Virus record (IMG/VR): IMGVR_UViG_3300027896_000010 | Coordinates: 129,438 to 193,437 of that record | Source: a virus | Strand: one strand, 5' to 3' | DNA length: 64,000 nucleotides | In this document: positions 45,801 to 54,162 of the stretch, piece by piece | Layout: every line of letters begins with the position of its first letter | How positions within the stretch are numbered: the stretch's first letter is position 1 | Position numbers and translations under genes: made by a program | Notes under the pieces: generated by a model | The model's input: only the letters and a program-made list of their open reading frames with translations | Databases searched by the model: none | Told to the model about the DNA's origin: nothing

Positions 45801-46435
45801 ATCAGAATCCTCTTGGCGGTTGCATTCTGATTCTGATTCTCTGAGTATTTATCCTGAGGATTAAACCCAGCCTGATTAGCCGCCTGTGGAAACTGGCAGT
45901 TGACCTTCCCTTCCTGCTGTTCCTTGTTATACATACAGCCATTGCAATCGGTTGCTACTATTTGGACAGGTAATGCCGAACAAGTAAACGGCACTCCACC
46001 CGCCCCGCCTGTATCTTCATCAGAGCCATGGAACATCTGCTCATCTGAATCAGGCATCAATACAGAAATGCCATCTCCCTCTTCATCCCCACCAGCATCT
46101 TCATTGGCTTGGTCTTCGGCTTCCTCGTTGCGGGGAGTCACCTTGGACATATCAAGATTATCTTGCTCTTTATCATCCTTATCAGTATCTTTGCCCTTAC
46201 CTTTATCCTTGACTTGCCGCAATGCTTTCTCAAGAACATCTGCAAGTTCAGTTGCCACATCATCGTCAGCGGCTTCGGTAAATATCTTGGGGGTATTATC
46301 ACTAGCCTGTTTCACAGGAGTCTCTGCCCTGATTTCATCGAAAAAATCATCCTCACATTCACAGGCATCAGGATGCTTCCCAAGCTTGTCTGCTAGAGCT
46401 TTGAGACTCTCTGATAACGTGCGTTTCTTGCCCAT
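42851..46435 (-). CDS. large scaffold/prohead core-like protein
   Basis: Highly acidic coiled-coil and DKAEDK low-complexity tracts; between protease and capsid genes. Confidence 0.65.
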   Translation of the reverse strand: MGKKRTLSESLKALADKLGKHPDACECEDDFFDEIRAETPVKQASDNTPKIFTEAADDDVATELADVLEKALRQVKDKGKGKDTDKDDKEQDNLDMSKVTPRNEEAEDQANEDAGGDEEGDGISVLMPDSDEQMFHGSDEDTGGAGGVPFTCSALPVQIVATDCNGCMYNKEQQEGKVNCQFPQAANQAGFNPQDKYSENQNQNATAKRILMGRKSAIGQETQAIDVCTSCGHTEPHIEGQPANETPCPECGGMMQSKTAKRSEHRRELMASEFDVNGYIADRMQLRIALSKLAVDTELSPAQLQKEKKRLKDEFEAKHPVEFPELGEPRKKPKGEGSEVHIDRKEMVAQYPWLARALPMFRNSRALLNALSKIISKFQGVINAEIDKVLNLEEVADVIDNGQMLSIDGVTVSTQMWGILENPRIGLSDFQSYFADKYADSLLAGAEDAADAAEKGWEGILAVMHEIVKGNPKKQMIFKRFLETTGRPTQLLKMLPEVIEFIEGLFQTGVVPEEGEEEAFEATEPVTMPTFTEEELEKSLKASLKIDAGLWDSIKSIYSGWVASMQEIGSRIFNSQKEMDRMKNDLEKFEATASRRTSRKRLVAKDINENVIKAGDWVEVVSENPSVKSMNGEEITGKKARVVRIDSGTKQIVEDGEQKLGEFHALYVIGNNRAWHGKVYADEVKKINDATGPAERKPVTTNRRAYAQAPSYAPTVTSPAGGQQGVNQMVEKKSDDIVKAIRQKVDQKLQQQSRKEARLRRKGDSYVDHHDSETTRINSEQGPAETAREAEYARRKKEWSYTKWAKEHGREPTRREAEELLTKEPADKGKPPYETQKENPIPTTTSTSPLDKWQKVTGEKQKALEAKLERELHKALAEEFLKTRDQAPKSQPKETLKVNPIVQTNSTDPLTTPDKKWQKVKAAVMAELKKELADEDIEKLDKAEDLFDKAEDKADKAEDKVDKAEDKEDKKEDKEEKKEDKKDKKETDIEKAVDKYLDEHLEEMVEEVIEGEEGEGEGELEDKDFDFDVETGPAGEPMFMNEDEGFGGDIAEEPIEVPEKSKKDKEASEKEKVMAAISLVGLMDRAGAGSDMEVGEAVQEIVDAHSMAEIQSKTEAFRSVVEAQERDRSEEAERSEKTSRRRPDRIAIPGRANSGMATVARIEASIVDDSDNDSMEDAENSLEFMFLGDEYLPQ

Positions 46436-46443
46436 ACCAACTC

Positions 46444-47175
46444 CTACATTTCTTTCAAGAGATTGACTAGTTTATCTAGCTGTTCTCTTACTTGATTTGC
46501 ATAGTGGATAGCATCTTCATTAGGCTCCACATACTCTATCTCTGTTTCTAGAGACGAGAAATGGTGTCCTAAAAGCCCAACTATCATCTTCACTTTTTCT
46601 ATCTTATCTGCCCCCAGCACTTTGCTTGCCGCGATATCCAGCGCAGGAGCCTCATAAGCCATCTTGAACTCCTCGCCGCTCATGGCATCTATCTCAGCCT
46701 CGGTATAGCCCTTGGCTAGCAGTTCCTCATACATCTCGTTATACCAATCTTCTGGGCTAGAAGGTTGTGTGAAATCATAAATCTCGCCACCCAGAACTTC
46801 TTTTACCGACTCGGTGACAATACGAGTGAGAGAGGCTTCTGAAATACCCTCCATGGAACTGAAATCTCCACCAGCCCTTTCGTCCTGTATCTTCTTTTCT
46901 TTCTTAAGCCCTCTCGCCACTGACTTCCATTCTCCCGATTCAGTTTCTGCCTTACTAATCATAAAGCCCTCTATGCGGTCTTTTTCGCCGGTAGCAAGCC
47001 ATTTACCGAACACAGCATTGCCATTCGTTGCGGCGCTCGAACCAAACCCACCATCAGGAGCGCCAACACATTTAAATAGCCGATGTTCAACATCTTTAAA
47101 TTCTGGCCTGAGATACTGGGCTTTGACTACAACTATCTCGCCCTTTTTAATATCCCTCTGTAGTGCATTAGCCAT
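46444..47175 (-). CDS. modular hypothetical protein with RIVTESVKEVLGG motif
   Basis: 243-aa ORF; N-terminal globular domain, shared motif, acidic helical domain. Confidence 0.7.
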   Translation of the reverse strand: MANALQRDIKKGEIVVVKAQYLRPEFKDVEHRLFKCVGAPDGGFGSSAATNGNAVFGKWLATGEKDRIEGFMISKAETESGEWKSVARGLKKEKKIQDERAGGDFSSMEGISEASLTRIVTESVKEVLGGEIYDFTQPSSPEDWYNEMYEELLAKGYTEAEIDAMSGEEFKMAYEAPALDIAASKVLGADKIEKVKMIVGLLGHHFSSLETEIEYVEPNEDAIHYANQVREQLDKLVNLLKEM

Positions 47176-47184
47176 CGCTTCCTC

Positions 47185-48129
47185 CTATAGTCTTTTTGCT
47201 ATCGAATCTAGGAGTGATGCTACATGCTCCTGATTCACAACAGGTCGGTGAGCTTCCGCAAGCAATTCATATACAAGAGCTTTGTCGGCTCTGTCGTTAT
47301 CAAGCAACTCCTCACCAAGAACCTTCAGGGTCACTCCTAGAATCTCAAGATTACAGGCAGTACTCTGAAGCCCGCTGCTCAGTTCAAGCAGTGTTGCTGA
47401 AGTATCAGCAGGATTCTTGACGGCTGATATCTCAAAGAAACTAAGGTCTCGGTTATCTTCATAAACATAAATCTTAGGGGTGTTCCCAGCCTTCTGAATC
47501 CATTGCCCCTTCTGGTTCATCACATGGGAGCAATACTCGGCTGGCGTCTTCGCCAGATTGCCACATGCTGAACAATAACTTCTCTCGACATCGGTTCCCA
47601 TACTGAACGTGGAAATCTTATTCTCAAGCAATGCTGTGGCATACTTGGGATACGATTCGGCATCAACCTCTACCAGAAGCTCTACCCAATCGTCCCTGTT
47701 GAAGTTCACAGCTAATTTGTCGTCAATCAGGGCGTAATGCTCTATATGTTCTTCGGGAGTCCAGATGACAGGGTCATATTTGAATTTGCTATCAAACGAC
47801 TCTCGCTGGGATTTCAGCAAATCGGCAGAAGCTTCTTGCTTATGAAATGCCGCATCGACGACTACGCCACGAGCCTTGCGCCAGTTGCTATTGTCATGTT
47901 CTATGAAATGGGGGCATCCCCTGAAAGTTTCCCAGTGAGCCTCAAGCTCCATCGGTATGAAGCCATCATGGTTCTCATTGCATCGACTCGAAATAGCTCG
48001 GACAGTTATATAAAGATAGCCATCTCTAGCATCGAATTCAAAATCTGAATTATTTGCTAATTTACGAAATGACTTGGCACTATCAGCTACAGCAAGTATT
48101 GGAGAATTTGCATACTTGGTTATTGACAT
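47185..48129 (-). CDS. prohead (capsid maturation) protease
   Basis: VRAISSRCNENHDGF...HFIEH...SMGT...CSACGN...YCSH...FFEISAVKNPAD; start MSITKY at 48129. Confidence 0.8.
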   Translation of the reverse strand: MSITKYANSPILAVADSAKSFRKLANNSDFEFDARDGYLYITVRAISSRCNENHDGFIPMELEAHWETFRGCPHFIEHDNSNWRKARGVVVDAAFHKQEASADLLKSQRESFDSKFKYDPVIWTPEEHIEHYALIDDKLAVNFNRDDWVELLVEVDAESYPKYATALLENKISTFSMGTDVERSYCSACGNLAKTPAEYCSHVMNQKGQWIQKAGNTPKIYVYEDNRDLSFFEISAVKNPADTSATLLELSSGLQSTACNLEILGVTLKVLGEELLDNDRADKALVYELLAEAHRPVVNQEHVASLLDSIAKRL

Positions 48130-48782
48130 AAACCCCTCTCTATCATTTTCTGCCGATAGAAAATAATCCACTCATCACGCCGAACATTTGCCCTCAAATT
48201 ACAGGCGTTACAAACTGCCACCAAATTCTCTGGCAGACAATTCTTTTTGTCATAATCAATATGATGAACATCTAACTTGCGACCAGCCTCTCGCTGTGTT
48301 TTGCCACAATGTTGACAAGTCCACCCATCTCGCTCTCTTATAAAATCCTTAAGATTTCTATTAAATTCTGGGGAATAAGGCTCAAATGAAATCCCACCCT
48401 TCCATCGAGGGTGCTTTTCTCCCCTTTTTGCCTCACTCAACTTTCGCTTATGCTCTTCAGATAACACCTTGCCAGTATGAGCCTCACTCAATTTCTGTTT
48501 GGCTTCTTCGGTATGATGTCTCCCATTGGTTGGCCCCTTTTTGCCTAACCAATATCGAGCATTGTTTTCTTTGATTTTCTGCTTTGACTCTTCTGTATGC
48601 TTAAACCCCTCAAGACTTTTACTTATTTTGGGGCCAACAGTCTCACCCCTAGGGAATCCTTTACGGCATTCTCTGGAACAAAAATACCTCTGATAATCAT
48701 TCAGAGGTTCTCCACACTTTAGGCACCCATCTGGATAAGCCCCGTATTCACCTACCCCGTTCGGGTCTTTCTTCCTTGGCAT
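48120..48782 (-). CDS. HNH homing endonuclease with NUMOD3 repeats
   Basis: KHTEESKQKI / HHTEEAKQKLSEAH / LSEEHKRKLSEAK repeats; CQHCG...DVHHIDYDKKN...NLVAVCNACN. Confidence 0.92.
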   Translation of the reverse strand: MPRKKDPNGVGEYGAYPDGCLKCGEPLNDYQRYFCSRECRKGFPRGETVGPKISKSLEGFKHTEESKQKIKENNARYWLGKKGPTNGRHHTEEAKQKLSEAHTGKVLSEEHKRKLSEAKRGEKHPRWKGGISFEPYSPEFNRNLKDFIRERDGWTCQHCGKTQREAGRKLDVHHIDYDKKNCLPENLVAVCNACNLRANVRRDEWIIFYRQKMIERGLCQ

Positions 48783-48815
48783 CTAGTCCTCACAAAAACT
48801 CCTGATACTCCCTTC

Positions 48816-48859
48816 CACTAATAGGTAGTCAATAACCCCTGTGATTTGATAACCTTTTT
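48816..48859 (-). promoter_or_regulatory. conserved intergenic motif, copy B
   Basis: minus strand AAAAAAGGTTATCAAATCACAGGGGTTATTGACTACCTATTAGTG, aligns with 57868-57911. Confidence 0.6.
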
Positions 48860-48864
48860 TCAAT

Positions 48865-49302
48865 CTATAACATCAAAAACTCTTGAAGCTCCTCAATACC
48901 ATCCCCATTAAACACAATAGTCAGCACTTGATTCTCTGATTTCGCATCTGATTTCAAAGCATCAAGGTTACGAGCCTCAAATTCCCCAGTAGCTTCTGAT
49001 ATAAGGTCATTAAGCTCGTCATCTGCAATATCACTGCCAGAAATGGCAACCATCATGTCTTCTGGAAGGTCGTAACTAACCCCAAACCCCTTCAGTCGAG
49101 TCTGGTTGCCAAGTGCTTCGTGCCTGTTTCTCCACTTCATACTCAGATTAGGAGATACGATAATCTGCTCATCGTCTTCCGAGCCTAGCACCTCACGAGC
49201 TACCTCTTCATTCCAGAGGGGCATCTCCTTCGTCGTCACTTTCGTTATCCTCGCCAGTTTCTCCATTCTTCTCTGCCTCCCTTTTCTTACGAGATTCCTC
49301 AA
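48865..49302 (-). CDS. hypothetical protein
   Basis: 145-aa ORF; true start probably near MEKLARI. Confidence 0.6.
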   Translation of the reverse strand: MRNLVRKGRQRRMEKLARITKVTTKEMPLWNEEVAREVLGSEDDEQIIVSPNLSMKWRNRHEALGNQTRLKGFGVSYDLPEDMMVAISGSDIADDELNDLISEATGEFEARNLDALKSDAKSENQVLTIVFNGDGIEELQEFLML

Positions 49303-51553
49303 GTTCGGCTAGCTTTTCTTTCACCAATTCCATATCCTCATCAGTTAACTGAGCCGATTTTGCTATCGTATTTATAACTGTGAGAGATTTGAGGTTATCA
49401 TCAGCCCTATCTGCCTTACGAGTCTCATCGAAAGTCTTACGGACTACCTCATTTCCCTCCTTGTCAACATAGATTGCGGCTCCAGCCACACCAGCGCCAC
49501 CTCCAGCAGGAGCGCCACCTCCACCGCCACCAGCAGGGGCGGGAGCGGCTCCAGCCCCACCCCCGGGAGCCGTCTCGGGAGCCTCAGGAGCGGCTATCTG
49601 CTCAGGTGTAGCCTTGTCTCTCATCTCGTCAGATATATCAGGTCGATTCTTAATCCTTGGTGCGCCACCCATCTCTTCATCATTCATCATGTCTGGTGGT
49701 GGGCCACCGCCGATATCGCCCTCTGGCTGTTCCATGTCTCCGAACATACTCTCAGGAACCTCACCACCAAACTTTGTGGCAACTACCTTGGCAATATATT
49801 CTTTATCAATCGGGATGCCGTGTTCCTTAAACGCCTTCTCCATCTCACGAATGGTTTCAGCCTTGGCGAGTTCACGCTCTATCAGTTCAGTCTTGATTTT
49901 GTCTGTTTCGTCATCTAGCGAGTAATCGATTCCAACCATCATCGCGCCATCAGAAATTGGGACGCCCATCTGCCGTAACTCTGTGAGGAACTGTCTCTGA
50001 GTAGCCTCATCTCTCAAGTTCATCGATGCGAGATGGACATCAGGGATAAGCAGTTTCGGAACCTCTCTGATTACAAGTTCGCCCTCTTCATCTAGCGTCT
50101 GGATACGCTCATAAATAATCTCCCTACGACCACCTTTCAAATTGTAGTCATAGAATTCATGCGCCCTAGCAACTGGCTCATATCGTTTCTTATATAGGAA
50201 CTGCTTCAGCATCTCTTGGTTATGAGCTAGGTTCTGTGACAGAATGTCTGCACTCAATGCCGTGCTTGCAAACGGTGCGCTTCCACCACCCTTAAGCAGG
50301 TCAAGAGGAATACCAAAAATCATGCACATCTTTTCTTCAATAGCGGCGAACTCTTCGCCCAGTTTCGGCATAACTTCAAAGCCTAGGACGGCTTCGATAT
50401 TAACTGCAAAGTGAGTCGAAAGAACTTTATAGTCGCTATCCATCGCCTCTTCTAATGTCCTCTGTAAGTGGTCAATATCTTCCTGCATAGGCATATAGGG
50501 GAATCCATCTGGCATAGTAATTGAAGCATCCCCCAGCTTAGCAAGAATCAACGGAGTTATCATACGCTCTGTGATAGCGTGGTAAGCCCTGAATAGTTTT
50601 TCTTCTATCATCATGTGTCGGAGAATCCTCATTAACAAAGGCTCACCACGAGGTGCCCACCTTGGGCCACGCTTCAACTGGGTGACTCTATCAGCACTTA
50701 ATTCGAATCCATGACCTGCCTGTATCGCCTTAAGAATGTCATCATTCAGGCTCTGAGTTAGCACCTGAAATTCAACGTATGGGCGACCTTTAGTGGCGAT
50801 TTCTTGTAGATATGATGGCGGCTCAAAAATGAATCTACGCTGTCCAAGAATCGGGTAAACTTCGACCCGAACATGAATCGGAGACATCAATTCATCAGCA
50901 ACCCAACAGCCTAAGTCATCCGACCAATCTGCCATGGGGAGAACCTCGCCAACCTTCCAAAATTCCGTATTCAAGTCGAGCAAAAACTGGAGGTAATCTA
51001 GCTCTTCCAAGAAGAGGTGGTCAAAGAACTTTTGGATGTATGGGTCTTTGCATTGATGCTCAAAACCGACGAGCGGAAACCGTGCATAAATGTCCACCAA
51101 AGTCGGAAAAAGATAGTGTGTTGCATAGAAGAATTGAGTCCATTGATAGAGCCGCTTGTATTGCTCCGGGTCTGTCTGAATGTTAAACGGAATCATCCAG
51201 AGCGTAGGACTTCGTGTCGGGTCCCAATACGCTTTTTCTCTCGCCCTTTGCGCTACAGGCCCAGTACCTGCTTCGCGTCTAAACCCTGACCTTACTGCAT
51301 TCTCAGAAGCCGCCATTGCACTGCTGGCGTTCTGTATAAATCGAGACGCAGATTGGCTATAGAATTCTTGTTGACCTATCGGTCTTGCAGGAAGCGTAAT
51401 GTTATGACCAGTGCCGACATCATAAGAGCCAGTCTTACCATGTTCACTAGCCATGCGATGTATCTTCATCGCTTCCTGTGTGGTAGCATTATCGGGAATG
51501 ATAATGCCATCTATGGGTGGCAAGTATCTACTCTCGCCCTGTTCCTCAGCCAA
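49208..51553 (-). CDS. portal protein with long low-complexity C-terminal extension
   Basis: FFYATHYLFPTLVDIYARFPL...EFWKVGE...RGEPLLMR...AKLGD recalled as Bxz1-type portal motifs; synteny. Confidence 0.85.
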   Translation of the reverse strand: MAEEQGESRYLPPIDGIIIPDNATTQEAMKIHRMASEHGKTGSYDVGTGHNITLPARPIGQQEFYSQSASRFIQNASSAMAASENAVRSGFRREAGTGPVAQRAREKAYWDPTRSPTLWMIPFNIQTDPEQYKRLYQWTQFFYATHYLFPTLVDIYARFPLVGFEHQCKDPYIQKFFDHLFLEELDYLQFLLDLNTEFWKVGEVLPMADWSDDLGCWVADELMSPIHVRVEVYPILGQRRFIFEPPSYLQEIATKGRPYVEFQVLTQSLNDDILKAIQAGHGFELSADRVTQLKRGPRWAPRGEPLLMRILRHMMIEEKLFRAYHAITERMITPLILAKLGDASITMPDGFPYMPMQEDIDHLQRTLEEAMDSDYKVLSTHFAVNIEAVLGFEVMPKLGEEFAAIEEKMCMIFGIPLDLLKGGGSAPFASTALSADILSQNLAHNQEMLKQFLYKKRYEPVARAHEFYDYNLKGGRREIIYERIQTLDEEGELVIREVPKLLIPDVHLASMNLRDEATQRQFLTELRQMGVPISDGAMMVGIDYSLDDETDKIKTELIERELAKAETIREMEKAFKEHGIPIDKEYIAKVVATKFGGEVPESMFGDMEQPEGDIGGGPPPDMMNDEEMGGAPRIKNRPDISDEMRDKATPEQIAAPEAPETAPGGGAGAAPAPAGGGGGGAPAGGGAGVAGAAIYVDKEGNEVVRKTFDETRKADRADDNLKSLTVINTIAKSAQLTDEDMELVKEKLAELEESRKKREAEKNGETGEDNESDDEGDAPLE

Positions 51554-51556
51554 AGC

Positions 51557-54151
51557 CTAACTCCTTTTTTGACGTTCTATATCAGTAACACCTAGCTTCC
51601 TACGATAGCGATTAGCCGCAGTCCAGAAGGGATGCGGTTCGGTAGAAGTTTTCTCCACATCCTTAAGACCTAGAAAGGAACCGCACTCTGGACACCGATG
51701 AGGTTGCTCTTCATCTTTCCAGTCATTAAAGTGCTTATCCACCGCTAAGTCTTTATTTTCCCCTGTCCAACCGCAATCAGTACAATGCACTTCGGGTTCT
51801 GCTTCGGCAGTCTTACGAGAAGCATATGCCTCAATAGAATTCATGCAATAATCCATCAATCGCTTTCTCAAATCAAGCGGTTCGTTCTCAAGCATAATTC
51901 TGAATTCTTCCTCGGCTTCTTCTATTGTTAGCTCATCTAACATAACAGAAGCCGCCACACCATCTATATAATCTCCGTATGATTCTAAAGCCTCTTCAAG
52001 TTCTTGGTCTTCAGCAGTCTTATGCCCTGCGTACCTATGCAGAAAAGGGTCTTCATCAGTAGTCGGGATGACTTCTCCAGTCGTATCCTTCCCCTTAAGA
52101 GATTGGTCTATCTGGCGCTTGCCCCTCGCATACGATTCCTCAAGCTGGTCAGCCACGCTAGACTCGGTGACCTCGCCCTTCTTGACAGCCGCTTTGATAG
52201 CATCATCAACGACATGGAAATCGTCTTCTGTCATATAATCCATCATCATCTTCTCGAAGAGCGGAGTAGAGCCTCGCCAGTCTTCCATATCTTCAGCACT
52301 GTACTTGGCTGTCCATGTGTACATATTGCCGTTGTACTGAACTGCTCCACGAGCCATGCTCAGTTTGGCATGAGGGTCAATCGGATTAGCAGGGACTATC
52401 TTCTCTACCATCACCCTAGGCTCGGAGACCGTGTTGCGGTCAGGCCAAGTACGAGCGGCAGCTTCCCTGCGAGAAGCAATAGTATCACCAGCCTGATATT
52501 CTCCATTCAATAGACTATCTTCGATTTGATATTGCTCTTCCAGACTAATAGCCCCCTCATCTGGATAAAGCATTCCTTCTACCATGTCCAAATCATTATC
52601 AAAAGCCATACCAACTTGTTCGGCATCAATAGCTGATAGACCATAATTCTCAGCCTCTGAAACCAAAGCTGTTCTTATGTTGGGTATGCTACGCAAATCA
52701 CCTTGCGTAGCCGCAATAATGGTCTCCCACCATTCCTTGCCTAATGACTGGATATACCCTTGGGCTGGATGTTGGGCAGTCTTGCGACCAAATGACTTCG
52801 GGACTTCTTCCAGAGACTTATCTTCTGGATTGAATTCATTGGAAACCATCTCGGTACGCTCATCAAAGAACCCTTCGTCCTTAAGGTCTTCAAGAACACT
52901 ATTAAGCGTATGATAGTTGTAGTCTTCCAGTATGTCATAATCCTCATCGGTAAACACATAATCAGGCATATCATCCGTTAGGAACTTAGATATTTCATCT
53001 CTAAAAAGTTCGTCGTCTACCATCCCACCATGTGTCCAGCCTTGTGACTCCCAAATATCATTATCTGCTTGCATCAGTTGCATGGCAGTAGAGCTTACAT
53101 CAGACATATCTTTTGTCCATGCAGTCTTGCGAGAAGCATAATTTGATTCCTGTGGGTTCTTTATTGTCCCTACCTCATCGGGTTCCATTTCTATAAGAAG
53201 CGTATCAGCAGAACCACATTCTGGGTTAGTACACTCTTCAACATTGCCCTCATGATGCTCACCTGTCATACCACAGCGTTGACACCACCATGCTTCAACA
53301 TAATCCTCCTCAGCAGTCTTGCGAGAAGCCCTCGTCAGTTTCATATCTTTCTCATAGCTCTTGACATCTTCATCACGAGCCTTGAGCTTGTCTACAAAAT
53401 CATTAGCGCCTTCCTTGGTGCGGAAATATTCCATCACAGGATTAGTCTGTACTGTTGTAGTCCACTCAACTACCCACAGACCATCCTTGGGAGACTGAGC
53501 TACCTTGGTCTTAAGCCCTTCATACTTAGCAATGCGCTGGCTAGCCACCATCGGCTCTCGTAGTTCTTCTTCCTCCTCTTCATCACGCTTACGCCTACGG
53601 AACCGCTCTGGAACAGGAGGAGCCATCTCTACCACGATTTCCTCTTCCTTAGGGCTAAGCTCTCTGGGACGCCCCTCGAACTGTCGCCATGGCTTCATAT
53701 CCCTAGCGGCTTCACGACTACTGGGCCGATTCTTGCCTTCTGGATTACACTCTGGACACGGCTCAAGCCCAAGACCTTGGCATCTGGAGCATTCCTTCGA
53801 TGGCGGGTTTACTCCGCGCTCCATACACTCACCACACGTTATCCAGCCGTCATCGCACTCTCCACAACTGCCAACAGAAGTTTCCGCTTCTACACTCGCC
53901 CTAGGAGCGATTTTATCCATACCCCTATCGCTGGCGGCTTCTGCCTTCAGAACCTCTTCGTAGACCTCTTCATACACAAGCTGAGCGTCCGAAGAAGCTA
54001 TCCTGTCCTCTTGGACAAAGTGGTTCACAGCAGAGCCTATAACCAATATAAGCTCATCCTCTTTGTCGCCAAGCATCTCGTCATCCTGCATGGCTTCTTT
54101 GACAAGCTCTACCAACTCAGTTATTGCCTTGCCAATCTTCCTTGAAAACAT
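51557..54151 (-). CDS. modular polyprotein-like head-associated protein (864 aa, five KTA sites)
   Basis: Short domains and Zn fingers separated by ASRKTA/GRKTA/GHKTA; directly upstream of portal. Confidence 0.75.
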   Translation of the reverse strand: MFSRKIGKAITELVELVKEAMQDDEMLGDKEDELILVIGSAVNHFVQEDRIASSDAQLVYEEVYEEVLKAEAASDRGMDKIAPRASVEAETSVGSCGECDDGWITCGECMERGVNPPSKECSRCQGLGLEPCPECNPEGKNRPSSREAARDMKPWRQFEGRPRELSPKEEEIVVEMAPPVPERFRRRKRDEEEEEELREPMVASQRIAKYEGLKTKVAQSPKDGLWVVEWTTTVQTNPVMEYFRTKEGANDFVDKLKARDEDVKSYEKDMKLTRASRKTAEEDYVEAWWCQRCGMTGEHHEGNVEECTNPECGSADTLLIEMEPDEVGTIKNPQESNYASRKTAWTKDMSDVSSTAMQLMQADNDIWESQGWTHGGMVDDELFRDEISKFLTDDMPDYVFTDEDYDILEDYNYHTLNSVLEDLKDEGFFDERTEMVSNEFNPEDKSLEEVPKSFGRKTAQHPAQGYIQSLGKEWWETIIAATQGDLRSIPNIRTALVSEAENYGLSAIDAEQVGMAFDNDLDMVEGMLYPDEGAISLEEQYQIEDSLLNGEYQAGDTIASRREAAARTWPDRNTVSEPRVMVEKIVPANPIDPHAKLSMARGAVQYNGNMYTWTAKYSAEDMEDWRGSTPLFEKMMMDYMTEDDFHVVDDAIKAAVKKGEVTESSVADQLEESYARGKRQIDQSLKGKDTTGEVIPTTDEDPFLHRYAGHKTAEDQELEEALESYGDYIDGVAASVMLDELTIEEAEEEFRIMLENEPLDLRKRLMDYCMNSIEAYASRKTAEAEPEVHCTDCGWTGENKDLAVDKHFNDWKDEEQPHRCPECGSFLGLKDVEKTSTEPHPFWTAANRYRRKLGVTDIERQKRS

Positions 54152-54162
54152 ATCGTCCTCCT

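Noticed and set aside
48120-48865. Group I intron housing the HNH gene
   Set aside because: Flanking genes appear complete, and there is too little non-coding sequence for an intron core
49208-51553. Intein in the long portal protein
   Set aside because: No C/S...HN-C/S/T splice motifs or LAGLIDADG blocks; the extra length is low-complexity termini
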